A stretch of DNA of 64,000 nt, taken from NCBI GenBank assembly GCA_037445735.1, contig JBBIJY010000015.1, positions 19,862-83,861 on the forward strand, in the 5' to 3' direction. Within the stretch, counting starts at the first letter, position 1; every line of letters begins with the position of its first letter. Both the position numbers and the translations under genes were made by a program. Below the pieces are notes generated by a model. It made no database searches and was not told where the DNA came from. It saw only the letters and a list, made by a program, of their open reading frames with translations. This DNA is from Armatimonadota bacterium (GTDB lineage Bacteria > Armatimonadota > Fimbriimonadia > Fimbriimonadales > GBS-DC). Of the stretch, positions 35,233-44,909 are shown piece by piece.

Positions 35233-37038
35233 ATGGTGCGATGGAGCCTGACCATTGCGATATTGGCGGGATTGGTGCTGAATGGCTGGTTGACCGACCG
35301 AACCGTTAAACGGGCACCAGCACCACCCATCACAGCGCTTCAATGGCGGGATATTAACGGCAAGGTGATGCGCTGGAGCGATTGGCGTGGGAGCCGGGTA
35401 ATCGTGATGCTGACGCTTTCGACGCGCTGTCCAGCGGTGCCGCGCTATGCGCCGCGCCTGAACCGCCTGTATAGCACCTATCACTCGCGTGGCGTGGCGT
35501 TTGTTGGGCTGTACCCCGAAGCGGACGAGACGCCTGAGCGCGTGCGCGACCATGCCCGACGCATGGGCTTCCAGTTCCCGGTGGTGATCGAGGGCGCGGC
35601 GGCGATTGCCCGTGCACTCAAAGCGACCCATGTGCCGCAGGCGTTCGTGCTGAACTCACAGGGGCAGTTGCTTTACAGCGGCGCCATCGATAGCGTCATC
35701 AAGCGCGAGGTCGGTCAACACGCCTACCTGCGCGACGCGATTGAAGCCGTGCTGAATCGCAAGCCTGTTAAGATTGCCCGCACCGCCGTCACGGGCTGCT
35801 TCCTGACCCTGCCCGCTGACAAGCCCACGCCGCCGCGCGTGACCTTCGCCGAGCATATCGCGCCCATCCTCTATCAAAACTGCACCACCTGCCACCGCCC
35901 CGGCGACATCGGTCCATTCCCCCTGCAAACCTATGAAGATGCCCGCCGCTGGGCGAAAGAGATCAAGTTCTACACGCAGAGCCGCCAGATGCCGCCCTGG
36001 AAGCCCGTGCCGGGCTGGGGCGAGTTCCGTGAGGAGCGACGCCTCACTGACGAGCAGATTCGGCTGATCGCCGAATGGGTCGATTCAGGCGCGCCGGCGG
36101 GCGACCTGTCCCGCGCGCCCAGGCCCCCGGAGTTCAATAAAGGCTGGTACTTCGGTGAACCCGATCTTGTCGCCGAGATGCCCGAAGAGTACACGGTGGA
36201 GGGCACAGGGGGCGACGAATATCGCTACTTCGTGATCCCCGTTGAAGTGCCCGAAGGCGCGGCGATGGAAGCCATCGACATTCAGCCGGGCAACCGCACG
36301 GTGGTCCACCACGCGAATGTGTTTATTGACCTTTCCGGCACAGCACGCCGACTGGACGCGGAAGACCCTGCGCCGGGCTATGCGCGCTTTGGCGGAGGTG
36401 GCTTTATCCCCGCGATGATGCTGGGCGGCTGGGTGCCCGGCATGCGCCCGATGCGGCTCGAGCCAGGCTACGCCGTGCTGCTGCCCCGCAAGTTCGACCT
36501 GGTACTGCAAATCCACTACTTCAAGCGAGGTACCCGCGAGAAAGACCGCACGCGCGTCGGGCTATACTTCTCGCGAGCGAAGCCCATCAAACCCGTTCAG
36601 CTGGTGGTGATTGGCAACACGCGCTTTGTCATCCCGCCCGGCGCCAGACGCTACGAGATTCGCGCCCGGTGGAAGACGCCTTCCGACCGCCCCGTGTACG
36701 CGCTGGCGATTATGGCGCATATGCACCTGATTGCGCGCGGCTGCGAGGTGATCGCTCGCGCACCCGACGGACGCACCATCCCACTGCTGAAAATCGACGA
36801 CTACGACTTCAACTGGCAGCAGACCTACTTCTACAAGCAGCCAATTGAGCTGCCGCCGGGCACGGTGATTGAGGCGGTGGGCTGGTACGACAACTCGTCG
36901 GACAACCCGAACAATCCGAGCAATCCGCCGCGCGAGGTGCGCTATGGCGAACGCACCTACGACGAGATGTTCTACATCTTCCTCGCCATCCACGACCCGC
37001 AGGCGAAAGGTTCCTATCTCATCCCCGCCTCACTTTAG
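35233..37038 (+). CDS. Secreted redoxin + monoheme cytochrome c + copper type II monooxygenase-like fusion
   Basis: Redoxin-like domain (TRCP, YSGAID), heme motif CTTCH, and putative Cu ligands VVHHA, AHMH and DEM. Confidence 0.82.
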   Translation: MVRWSLTIAILAGLVLNGWLTDRTVKRAPAPPITALQWRDINGKVMRWSDWRGSRVIVMLTLSTRCPAVPRYAPRLNRLYSTYHSRGVAFVGLYPEADETPERVRDHARRMGFQFPVVIEGAAAIARALKATHVPQAFVLNSQGQLLYSGAIDSVIKREVGQHAYLRDAIEAVLNRKPVKIARTAVTGCFLTLPADKPTPPRVTFAEHIAPILYQNCTTCHRPGDIGPFPLQTYEDARRWAKEIKFYTQSRQMPPWKPVPGWGEFREERRLTDEQIRLIAEWVDSGAPAGDLSRAPRPPEFNKGWYFGEPDLVAEMPEEYTVEGTGGDEYRYFVIPVEVPEGAAMEAIDIQPGNRTVVHHANVFIDLSGTARRLDAEDPAPGYARFGGGGFIPAMMLGGWVPGMRPMRLEPGYAVLLPRKFDLVLQIHYFKRGTREKDRTRVGLYFSRAKPIKPVQLVVIGNTRFVIPPGARRYEIRARWKTPSDRPVYALAIMAHMHLIARGCEVIARAPDGRTIPLLKIDDYDFNWQQTYFYKQPIELPPGTVIEAVGWYDNSSDNPNNPSNPPREVRYGERTYDEMFYIFLAIHDPQAKGSYLIPASL

Positions 37039-37108
37039 AACCATCCATCGCGCTCAGCGGAGAGGGAGAACACCAATCCCTCTCCGCTTTTGGGTAGAGG
37101 GAGCTAAG

Positions 37109-37140
37109 GGAAAACCTTCACGCCGTACTTATCGTCTAAT
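37109..37140 (+). promoter_or_regulatory. ECF-sigma-type promoter
   Basis: GGAAAAC, 17-nt spacer, CGTCTAAT, ending 13 nt upstream of ATG 37154. Confidence 0.6.
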
Positions 37141-37153
37141 CAGCGGTGAGAGC

Positions 37154-39232
37154 ATGCAAAAGCTGAGAACCGTTTTCGGATTTACAGGCATGCTGATGGT
37201 GCTGGCTGCGGTGTTCAGCCAGCCCAGTGACCTGCCCATCCGTCGCGTGGTGCTGTATCGGAGCGGAGTCGGCTACCTTGAGCGGTCAGGCGTCGTGACG
37301 GGCACAACCAGCATTACCCTCACTCTGCGCGAGGCGCAGGTGAACGACCTGCTCAAGTCGCTGGTGATGATCGACCTGGATGGTGGGCAGATACTGCCCA
37401 TTCAATACACGCCGCGCGACCCGCTGAATCGAACGCTGAGCAGTTTCGTGGTGGACATCAGCGACAATCCCTCCCAGGCGCAGCTCCTCTATCGGCTCAG
37501 AGGGTTAGAAGTGGAGTTCCAGCTGCGCCGCCGCAGCCTGCGCGGTCAGGTGATGAGTGTGGAGCCGGCGAATCGCCCCGACCGCGGGGGCTGGTCCCGA
37601 TACGACATGCGCATCAATCTCCTGCGTAACGGTCGGCTCGAAAGCCTCTATCTCAGCGAGGTCCAGAGCTTTCGGGTGCTCGATGCGCGTATCCAGCAGG
37701 AGCTGGAATCGGCGCTCCGTGCCATCGCCAGCGGGCTGGATGACCGACGCCGCAACATCGAGCTCCGCCTGCAGGGCACGGGTCAGCGGCGCGTTCTGAT
37801 TGGCTACCTGACGGAGATGCCCCAGTGGAAAATGAGCTATCGCCTGGTGATCAGCGAGGGTCAGCCTGCCATCCTGCAGGGCTGGGCGATCGTTGAAAAC
37901 ACCACCGATGAAGATTGGAACAGCGTGCAGTTGCAGCTGGTATCGGGACGCCCGATCAGCTTCACCCAGAACCTGTACGAGCCGTTTTACCCGGCGCGCC
38001 TGCGCTACACGCCGCCCAGCGAAGGTGCGCTCCTTCCGCCCCTGCCACAGGCAAGCCTTGAGCAGTTCCAGCTGGAGCAGCGCGCGCAGGAACCGCCCCG
38101 CCAGATCGGGGAACCGCCCTTCCTGCGCAGGAGTGAATCAGCGGGCGGGTTTGGTGGTGCCGCTCCCGATGTTGTGTTCGGGGGGATGCCCGCGCCGCGC
38201 GAACGCCCACCAGCACCCGGCGAAGCGATGACCCCCGAAGCCGTGCAGCGCTCCGTGCCAGAGATGGCACGCGGGCAGGAACGCGGCGCCCTCTTCGATT
38301 ATCGTGTCGAACAGCCTGTCACCATCGCGCGCCAGCAATCCGCAATGGTGCCCGTCATCAACCGGAGCGTCGCTGCCGAGACCGTCACCTTCTACAACGC
38401 TAAAAATCATCAATATCATCCCTTCTTCGGCATCCGCCTCAAAAACACCACAGGACTGACGCTTATCAGCGGTCCGCTTACGGTCTATCTGAATGGCGCC
38501 TATGGCGGCGACTCCTACATGCAGGTCACCGAGCCTGATAACGAACAGTTCCTGCTCTATGCGCTGGATGTCGGTGTCGAGGTGAATCGGCGCGATCCCA
38601 TCACCATTAAGCGCATGGTTGCCGTGGCTGTAGCAAACGGCATGTTGAAACGGCACTATCGCGAAAGTCGCACCACCGTCTATGAGATCAAGAATCGGGA
38701 TGGTCGCCCGCGCCAGCTGGTGCTGGAGCATCCGCGCGATAACGAATGGCAGCTGGCCGCACCCACCACCAGTGAGCGTACCGCCGACTTCTACCGCTTC
38801 CAGCTGAACCTCCAGCCCCAGCAAGCCACCACCTTCGAAATCAGCGAGGAAAAATCGCTGTTTGAAGAACTTTCGCTGCTCGCGGTCGACAACAACCAGC
38901 TGGTGCAGCTCCTCGCAAGCGGCGAAATTGAGCCCAGGCTCCGTGAGGCGTTCCAGCGAATTGTCCAGATGCGCACCGCGATGTCCGAAACGGAGCGCCA
39001 GATTCAGGCGCGAAACAGCAGAATTCGAGCCATCACCGACGATCAGGCGCGCATCCGCGAAAATATGCGCGCGCTGGATCGAAACTCCGACCTTTACAAA
39101 GAGTATGTCGCCACCCTCTCCCGTCAGGAACGCGAACTCGCCCAACTCCGACAGCAGCTGGAACAGCTCCAGGCGACTTACGATCAGCAGTCGAAGGAGC
39201 TTCGCGACTACATTCAGGGGTTGAACCTCTGA
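37154..39232 (+). CDS. Secreted DUF4139/DUF4140-type protein
   Basis: LPIRRVVLYRSGVGY, NDLLKSL, WKMSYRL, GWAIVENTTDEDW and a C-terminal coiled coil. Confidence 0.8.
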   Translation: MQKLRTVFGFTGMLMVLAAVFSQPSDLPIRRVVLYRSGVGYLERSGVVTGTTSITLTLREAQVNDLLKSLVMIDLDGGQILPIQYTPRDPLNRTLSSFVVDISDNPSQAQLLYRLRGLEVEFQLRRRSLRGQVMSVEPANRPDRGGWSRYDMRINLLRNGRLESLYLSEVQSFRVLDARIQQELESALRAIASGLDDRRRNIELRLQGTGQRRVLIGYLTEMPQWKMSYRLVISEGQPAILQGWAIVENTTDEDWNSVQLQLVSGRPISFTQNLYEPFYPARLRYTPPSEGALLPPLPQASLEQFQLEQRAQEPPRQIGEPPFLRRSESAGGFGGAAPDVVFGGMPAPRERPPAPGEAMTPEAVQRSVPEMARGQERGALFDYRVEQPVTIARQQSAMVPVINRSVAAETVTFYNAKNHQYHPFFGIRLKNTTGLTLISGPLTVYLNGAYGGDSYMQVTEPDNEQFLLYALDVGVEVNRRDPITIKRMVAVAVANGMLKRHYRESRTTVYEIKNRDGRPRQLVLEHPRDNEWQLAAPTTSERTADFYRFQLNLQPQQATTFEISEEKSLFEELSLLAVDNNQLVQLLASGEIEPRLREAFQRIVQMRTAMSETERQIQARNSRIRAITDDQARIRENMRALDRNSDLYKEYVATLSRQERELAQLRQQLEQLQATYDQQSKELRDYIQGLNL

Positions 39233-39241
39233 TAAGGCTCT

Positions 39242-39271
39242 GCCCCTCTCCCGGCGCTGCGGGGGAGGGGG
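39242..39271. repeat. Single REP-like hairpin between convergent genes
   Basis: gcccctctcccg-gcgctg-cggggagggggg, same family as the 63860 copy. Confidence 0.6.
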
Positions 39272-39304
39272 GTCGCTCTTACGCCAATCGCTATCGACGG
39301 TCTC

Positions 39305-39622
39305 TTAGCCGATTCGCTTATCGGCGAGCCAGCCTGTCAGCACGCCGAGCGTCCACAGAATCAGATACAGCCCGATGCACAGGCGGGTCCAGCGGCGCAC
39401 AAAGAGCGGATTGCGGCGTCGATACCACTCAGCGAAGCTAACAGCGAGCATCACGGTTGCGCCTTTCACCCCAAAGAACGCGCTCCACCCGAAGCCCAGC
39501 ACCCAGTTCATAATCGGGTTGAACTCTGTCGCCAGCCCGTTCGTAATCAGCCAGTAGGTGCTGAGCGCGTCAGCCGTGCAGATAAGAATCAGTCCCCAGC
39601 TCTCTTTCAACATGGCGGTCAT
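39305..39622 (-). CDS. Small membrane protein (DUF5658-like)
   Basis: D..ST...I..G.A.E.NP.M motif and three hydrophobic segments. Confidence 0.7.
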   Translation of the reverse strand: MTAMLKESWGLILICTADALSTYWLITNGLATEFNPIMNWVLGFGWSAFFGVKGATVMLAVSFAEWYRRRNPLFVRRWTRLCIGLYLILWTLGVLTGWLADKRIG

Positions 39623-39692
39623 AGAGGCATTCAGCACCTTTCGTGCCACAGAAGGCTGAGGCTGTTCGAAAAATCCAACCAGAGGCAAGGAT

Positions 39693-39786
39693 GCCCCTCA
39701 CCCCTACCCTCTCCCCAAAGGGGAGAGGGAGAAACGAAGCCCCTCTCCCCCGCACGCGGGGGAGAGGGTACGGGTGAGGGGGCTTC
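39693..39786. repeat. Composite palindromic REP/MITE-like element (inverted copy of 31656-31746)
   Basis: The reverse complement aligns along its full length, differing mainly in the hairpin loops. Confidence 0.85.
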
Positions 39787-39835
39787 ACACAGGCGGATAG
39801 GATGCCCGCGAATTTTCGAACACCCTCCAGAAGGC

Positions 39836-39863
39836 TTGACTTCGGCGTCCGAGCGGGTATAAT
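39836..39863 (+). promoter_or_regulatory. sigma70 promoter of rplJ-rplL
   Basis: TTGACT, 16-nt spacer, TATAAT. Confidence 0.7.
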
Positions 39864-39873
39864 AGCCTCTGCG

Positions 39874-40050
39874 ATAACCGCAGACAGCAGGTGTCCCGCT
39901 TCGCGGGCATAATCCGAGCATTCGGTTCGCCTGCCGAGGGATGCGCAAGGGGTCTGGATGTCGGTCGCAAGAGGCGCGTTCGCGCCACGGCGACGGCAAC
40001 GCTGGGTCATTGTGCGAGCCTGCTGGTCTGCACGGCTCGCTTTTCGCATT
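39874..40050 (+). ncRNA. Ribosomal protein L10 leader (autoregulatory RNA)
   Basis: ACCGCAGACAGCAGGTG...TAAT...CCTGCCGAGG core directly upstream of rplJ. 3' end approximate. Confidence 0.85.
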
Positions 40051-40071
40051 TAATAACAGGAGGTGAAGCGG

Positions 40072-40593
40072 ATGCCATCGCCCAAAAAGGTGGCACAGGT
40101 GGAACAGATTCGGCAATGGCTCAATCGGGCGCGCGGGCAGATTCTGACCGACTATCGCGGGCTGACCGTGCGTGAGATTACCGACCTGCGCCGTCAGCTG
40201 CGAGCGGTGGGCGCTGACCTGCATGTGGTCAAAAACACGCTCTATCGGCGCGCCGCGGATGGCAACCTGCCGCCCGCACTGGAACCGTACCTGTTCGGAC
40301 CGACGGCGGTCGCCTTCATTCAGGGCGACGAAGCAGCCGCCGCGAAGGTGCTGGTCGAGTTCATCAAGCAGGTGCGCAAATCGGAGGTGAAGGCGCTCGT
40401 GCTGGGTCAGCGGGTCTACCCTGCCAGCGCGGTGGAGGAGCTGGCGAAACTGCCCCCGCGCGAGGTGATGCTGGCACAGCTGCTCGGCGCGATGCAATCG
40501 CCCATCAGCGGGCTGGTCGGCACCCTCTCCGAGCTGATCGGGCAGTTCGTGCGCACGCTGCAAGCCGTTGCCGATAAGAAGGCGCAAGCCTGA
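40072..40593 (+). CDS. rplJ: 50S ribosomal protein L10
   Basis: TDYRGLTV, VVKNTL, GPTAVAF and LAKLPPRE motifs. RBS AGGAGG upstream. Confidence 0.97.
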   Translation: MPSPKKVAQVEQIRQWLNRARGQILTDYRGLTVREITDLRRQLRAVGADLHVVKNTLYRRAADGNLPPALEPYLFGPTAVAFIQGDEAAAAKVLVEFIKQVRKSEVKALVLGQRVYPASAVEELAKLPPREVMLAQLLGAMQSPISGLVGTLSELIGQFVRTLQAVADKKAQA

Positions 40594-40617
40594 ACCCAAA
40601 CGAAGGAGGCGAGAACC

Positions 40618-41016
40618 ATGGCAAAACTGACCGCTGAAGAGATTATTCAGGCGATCGATGAGATGACCGTGCTGGAGCTGAACGAGCTGGTCAAAGCGCT
40701 GCAGGAGAAGTACGGTGTGTCGGCTGCCGCGCCCGTCGCGGTCGCCGCGATGCCCGGCATGATGGCGCCCGGCGCACCCGCCGAAGCTGCCCCCGCCGAA
40801 GAGAAAACCGCCTTCGATGTCATCCTCACCAGTGCGGGTGACCAGAAGCTGCAGGTGGTGCGCGTCGTGCGCGAGGTCACCCAGCTCGGTCTCAAGGAAG
40901 CCAAAGACCTCGTGGATGGCGCTCCCCAGCCTGTCAAACAGGGCGTCAGCAAAGAGGAAGCCGAAGAGATCAAGCGCAAACTGGAAGAGGTCGGTGCGAA
41001 GGTCGAAATCAAGTAA
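40618..41016 (+). CDS. rplL: 50S ribosomal protein L7/L12
   Basis: [21 protein letters not shown] and [10 protein letters not shown] motifs. Confidence 0.98.
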   Translation: MAKLTAEEIIQAIDEMTVLELNELVKALQEKYGVSAAAPVAVAAMPGMMAPGAPAEAAPAEEKTAFDVILTSAGDQKLQVVRVVREVTQLGLKEAKDLVDGAPQPVKQGVSKEEAEEIKRKLEEVGAKVEIK

Positions 41017-41031
41017 ACTCCATCCACCTTC

Positions 41032-41073
41032 CAGCGAGCATGGGGCAGCACGACCCTGCTCCCATGCTCGCTG
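41032..41073 (+). terminator. Strong hairpin after rplL
   Basis: cagcgagcatggg...cccatgctcgctg, with no clear U-tract. Confidence 0.5.
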
Positions 41074-41109
41074 CCGCGCCCGCACTTCCGAAAGAGGTAC
41101 CATTAACTT

Positions 41110-41847
41110 ATGCAGAAAGCTTATCAGGTGGCGACGCTGCCTGCTACGGAATGGGCACGCTTACCGCAGCACATTGCGGAAGAGTTTCTTGCCAGCATCG
41201 AAAACCCGCGCGTGCTGGATGCAGGCTGTGGCGACCGTTGCAGTGTAACAATGCCGCCCCATGTGTTCATCGTCGGACTTGATAATTCACCGGAAGCCCT
41301 CGAACGCAATGACCGGGTTCATCAGAAAATTCTTGGCGATATACAGACTTATCCGCTGGAAGCGAGCCAGTATGATCTGATTGTGTGCGTAGATGTTCTC
41401 GAACACCTGCCCCATCCGCAACAGGCTCTGCAAAACATGTGGCAGGCATTGAAACCTGGAGGTTTAATGATTTTGCGAGCGCCAAATCTCTACTCACTCA
41501 AAGGATTAATCACAAAATTTACACCTCACTGGGTGCATGTGGCGTTTCGACGGTATGTGCTGGGGAATAAAAACGCGGGCAAACCTGGCTATCCACCTTT
41601 CAAAACCTATCTGCGCACCTCGATGACGCCCGGGGCTGTCGCTCGCTGGACATCCCAGCATGGAGGAGTGATCCGCGCGCTTTACTTCTGTGATGGTTCT
41701 AATCCATACAATCTGAAGCGGTACTCGAAGGCGCTCTGGATGGTATGGAACGCTCTTCTTTTTCTGGCGCGTGTGCTGTCGTTCGGGCGCTATTGCGAGC
41801 GCACGGATTACACCCTCGTGATCGAGAAGCGATCCCGGAGCGACTAA
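41110..41847 (+). CDS. Class I SAM-dependent methyltransferase
   Basis: VLDAGCG, DVLEHL and LKPGG motifs. Confidence 0.9.
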   Translation: MQKAYQVATLPATEWARLPQHIAEEFLASIENPRVLDAGCGDRCSVTMPPHVFIVGLDNSPEALERNDRVHQKILGDIQTYPLEASQYDLIVCVDVLEHLPHPQQALQNMWQALKPGGLMILRAPNLYSLKGLITKFTPHWVHVAFRRYVLGNKNAGKPGYPPFKTYLRTSMTPGAVARWTSQHGGVIRALYFCDGSNPYNLKRYSKALWMVWNALLFLARVLSFGRYCERTDYTLVIEKRSRSD

Positions 41848-43775
41848 TGTCGGCGTGTTTCAAATCTCCAGATAGCCCGTGGCTTATGAGGCGCGGCGGC
41901 TTCCATGAGGCAACAGATGCGCAAAGTGGTGCAGGGCACGCGATGCCCAAAACGGGGTGAATACCAGCCCACACCCGGCAAATCGCCCTCCCCGCGAATA
42001 ACGGCAACCTCAGCGTTAGCAGGTAGCCCTTCCACCGTGAGCTGGCACTCCGTCTCGCCGTCTGAAATCAGCCAGCCACTTTCTGCAGGCTGAACCGTCC
42101 AGCGCGGATGGAAGTGCCAGTGCCAGGTGAGCCAGGCACCCATGCCCAGCATGAAGGTATCAAGCACTGCCAGTACCTCCCCCTGAAGGCTTACCGCGCG
42201 CGTGTGAAAGTTGGGGGCATAGCCTTCATGAGTTCCCTCGACAGCACCCGCTTCCAGATCAAGGCGTTCGAAGTAAGCGTCTGCCTTGCGCCCCCACAGA
42301 AACGGACCCAGAATCTCGGACTGGTTGCGACTGTCCATCTGCACGGTGTTATGCGCCGCTGTGCCACGAAAGTAGTCGCGCCACGCGGGTTCCTCGTGAT
42401 AGGCGCAGGTGCCCGTGTCGATGAGCAGCGGCTTGCCATCCAGCGATGCCCATACCGACAGCGCGTCGGCGTGCCCGTGCGCCGCCAGACTGCCCAGCCC
42501 CAGCGGACCCGCGTCGAACAGCACCTGCCAGCGCGCGCTGTGCAACACCACATAGCCGCCGTCAGGATAGGCGCGCGATTCGGTCAGGCGCGAACCTGCG
42601 GGCGCAGGCGAGCCAAACAGCCAGCATGCCAGCGAATCGTCGGCTTCGCTATAAGCGGGCGGCGGCTCGCAACCAAGCAAAACTGCCAGTGCCCGCCCCA
42701 CCACACAGTAGCGATTCGCCCCACTGCTCCAGAGGGGCACAACCGCGCCGTCGTCCTCGTCGCCCACCTGCGGCACATAACCCGATGCATCCATCACATT
42801 CCGCACGAACTCGATACTGCGCGTCAGTCGCTGCCGCACCGACTCAGGCGCTGGACGCAGCCGATAGGCATGCAGATAAAACTCCCACACAAATGGCAAA
42901 TAGCCGAACGCCTGCTCGGCATTAACCCCGTCGGGATAGAACTGGCGCAACGCCTCGCGCTCCAGCACGCGATAGCCGAGCGATTGCCAGCGCTGTGCGA
43001 GCTGGCTCTCTGGCAGCAGGCTCCCCAGCACCGCCAGCGCTGCGACCTCGCCAATCAAGTGGTTATTCGCCGACGAACCGGGCGACAGATGGCGCTCTAT
43101 AAACTCGCCGTGCTGAATCAGTGCACCACCCAGCGTCGGCAGGGCAGATTTTAAGGGGGGATAGTCACCCAACAGGCGCAGGCAGTGGAGCCACGCCAGC
43201 ACTCGTATCGCATGCTCCAGCGCGCTTGTCCAGTGGATGCCCCAGCCGCGTGGGTTGCGCTCGATCCAGTTCAGCCACCACGCAAGGCACTTTTCGGCGT
43301 AGCGTGGGTCGCCTGTGAGGGCATACGCCTGCGCCAGCCGCAGCAGAGGTTGATGGCGCGACAGCTCCCACACATACTTCACACCGCCGGCGATATCGAT
43401 TCGGCGGTAGTCTATCTGCTTCGCGGGGGCTTCTATCCAGTCCTTGCCCAGCAGATAGTTGCGGTTCCAGTGCGGTGGGTCGTCTAACTGCACGGGGTAG
43501 CCGAAGAGCGTCCATCTGCCCTGCAGGAGCGCGTCGGCTTCGGCAATCAGGCGCTCACACTCGTGATGAGAGACGGCGTTGGGGTGCAGGGGTAGCTTTT
43601 GGGCCAGCATCTCCAGCCACGGACGCGCGTCGAAGTCGTAGCGCTGCCAGGTCGCTTCGGGCGGCTCTTTCGGTAGAGGGCGCACGCGCTCCAGAATTGC
43701 TCGCGCCAGACGCACCGCCATTTCGCGTGGCGGCATCGCCAGCAACCGCCTCACCTTCCACCGCCAGTTGCTCAT
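41844..43775 (-). CDS. Heparinase II/III-family protein
   Basis: KYVWELSRHQ, SANNHLIGE, AAHGHADALS and GTAAHNTV motifs. Confidence 0.9.
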   Translation of the reverse strand: MSNWRWKVRRLLAMPPREMAVRLARAILERVRPLPKEPPEATWQRYDFDARPWLEMLAQKLPLHPNAVSHHECERLIAEADALLQGRWTLFGYPVQLDDPPHWNRNYLLGKDWIEAPAKQIDYRRIDIAGGVKYVWELSRHQPLLRLAQAYALTGDPRYAEKCLAWWLNWIERNPRGWGIHWTSALEHAIRVLAWLHCLRLLGDYPPLKSALPTLGGALIQHGEFIERHLSPGSSANNHLIGEVAALAVLGSLLPESQLAQRWQSLGYRVLEREALRQFYPDGVNAEQAFGYLPFVWEFYLHAYRLRPAPESVRQRLTRSIEFVRNVMDASGYVPQVGDEDDGAVVPLWSSGANRYCVVGRALAVLLGCEPPPAYSEADDSLACWLFGSPAPAGSRLTESRAYPDGGYVVLHSARWQVLFDAGPLGLGSLAAHGHADALSVWASLDGKPLLIDTGTCAYHEEPAWRDYFRGTAAHNTVQMDSRNQSEILGPFLWGRKADAYFERLDLEAGAVEGTHEGYAPNFHTRAVSLQGEVLAVLDTFMLGMGAWLTWHWHFHPRWTVQPAESGWLISDGETECQLTVEGLPANAEVAVIRGEGDLPGVGWYSPRFGHRVPCTTLRICCLMEAAAPHKPRAIWRFETRRH

Positions 43776-43878
43776 CGGAAAGGGATTGTACCTGAGACAA
43801 ATCTGGTAAAGAGATGCAGGAAATCCGCTCAGCCGAGCGAAATAAAAAAGCGGTCTCAAAACTCTGGAGGATAAAGCG

Positions 43879-44892
43879 ATGCGCGCACCTTTCAAAGAAG
43901 TGCAATCACGCCTACAGGCGATCTATGCGGAGGCTCTCAACGAACGCAATCGCGGGCGGTACGATGCGGAGCTGTGGCGGTATTATGGTCATCTGCGGAC
44001 GCCCGCGGGCAGCGCGACCCGAACCCGCTTCGTGTATGATCTATGCCGCCTGGCGCGGTTCGATCCCGCCGATAAAGTGGTTCTGGACGCTGGTTGCGGC
44101 TTCGGGGCGCTCACCATCATCCTGCATCTGATGGGCGCGCGTGAGGTGCACGGCATCGACATTATGGACAGCCGCCTGACCACCTTTCAGAAGATGATCG
44201 AGGATTTTCAGCTGAACGCGGTGCAGGCGACACTCGCCTCCGTTGATCACACGAGTTTCCCGGATGGCTACTTTGATCTGGTGCTCTCCAACGAATCGAT
44301 CTCGCACTATGCCGATGTGGAGGCGTTCCTGCGTGAGGCGGCGCGCCTTCTCAAGCCAGGCGGTGTGCTGCTGATTGCCGACGGGAACAACGGCGCGAAC
44401 CCCCGTATCACCCGCCACACCCATCAGCTCTGGGCGCGCTTTGAGAATGGTCCCCCAGGTGAAGTGGAGGGTCATCAGGTGAAAGTGCCCTATGTGGCGA
44501 TGCGGGCAGAGATCATCCAGCAAGCGTATCCCGATTTAGACCCGGAGCAGGTTCAGGAGCTGGCACGGCGCACCAGCTACCTCGCCCGCGAGCAGATTCT
44601 GCAGGCGGTGGAGCGATACCGCACCACAGGCGAGTTGCCAGGTTCCTTCTATCAGCCTGGCACCTGTCCGGTCAATCCGCAAAGTGGGGCGGTGATGGAG
44701 CGCCTCTTTCACCCTCTGCAGCTGGCACGCGATATTGAGTCGTTCGGGTTTCGCGCACGCGCCTATGCCTACTTTGGTGGGGCGGGGGGCAACCCGCTGG
44801 TGCGAACGGTGAACTGGATAGGGATGCAACTCACGCCCTTTACCCTTCGCTGGGCGCGCAGTTTCCGAATCGTGGCTTACCGGCGGGGCTGA
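43879..44892 (+). CDS. Class I SAM-dependent methyltransferase
   Basis: VLDAGCGFG and LKPGG motifs. Confidence 0.88.
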   Translation: MRAPFKEVQSRLQAIYAEALNERNRGRYDAELWRYYGHLRTPAGSATRTRFVYDLCRLARFDPADKVVLDAGCGFGALTIILHLMGAREVHGIDIMDSRLTTFQKMIEDFQLNAVQATLASVDHTSFPDGYFDLVLSNESISHYADVEAFLREAARLLKPGGVLLIADGNNGANPRITRHTHQLWARFENGPPGEVEGHQVKVPYVAMRAEIIQQAYPDLDPEQVQELARRTSYLAREQILQAVERYRTTGELPGSFYQPGTCPVNPQSGAVMERLFHPLQLARDIESFGFRARAYAYFGGAGGNPLVRTVNWIGMQLTPFTLRWARSFRIVAYRRG

Positions 44893-44909
44893 GAGGTACA
44901 ATCAAAGCC

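Noticed and set aside
39631-41103. 490-aa minus-strand ORF
   Set aside because: Antisense shadow of rplJ-rplL, the leader and a repeat. No domain signal.
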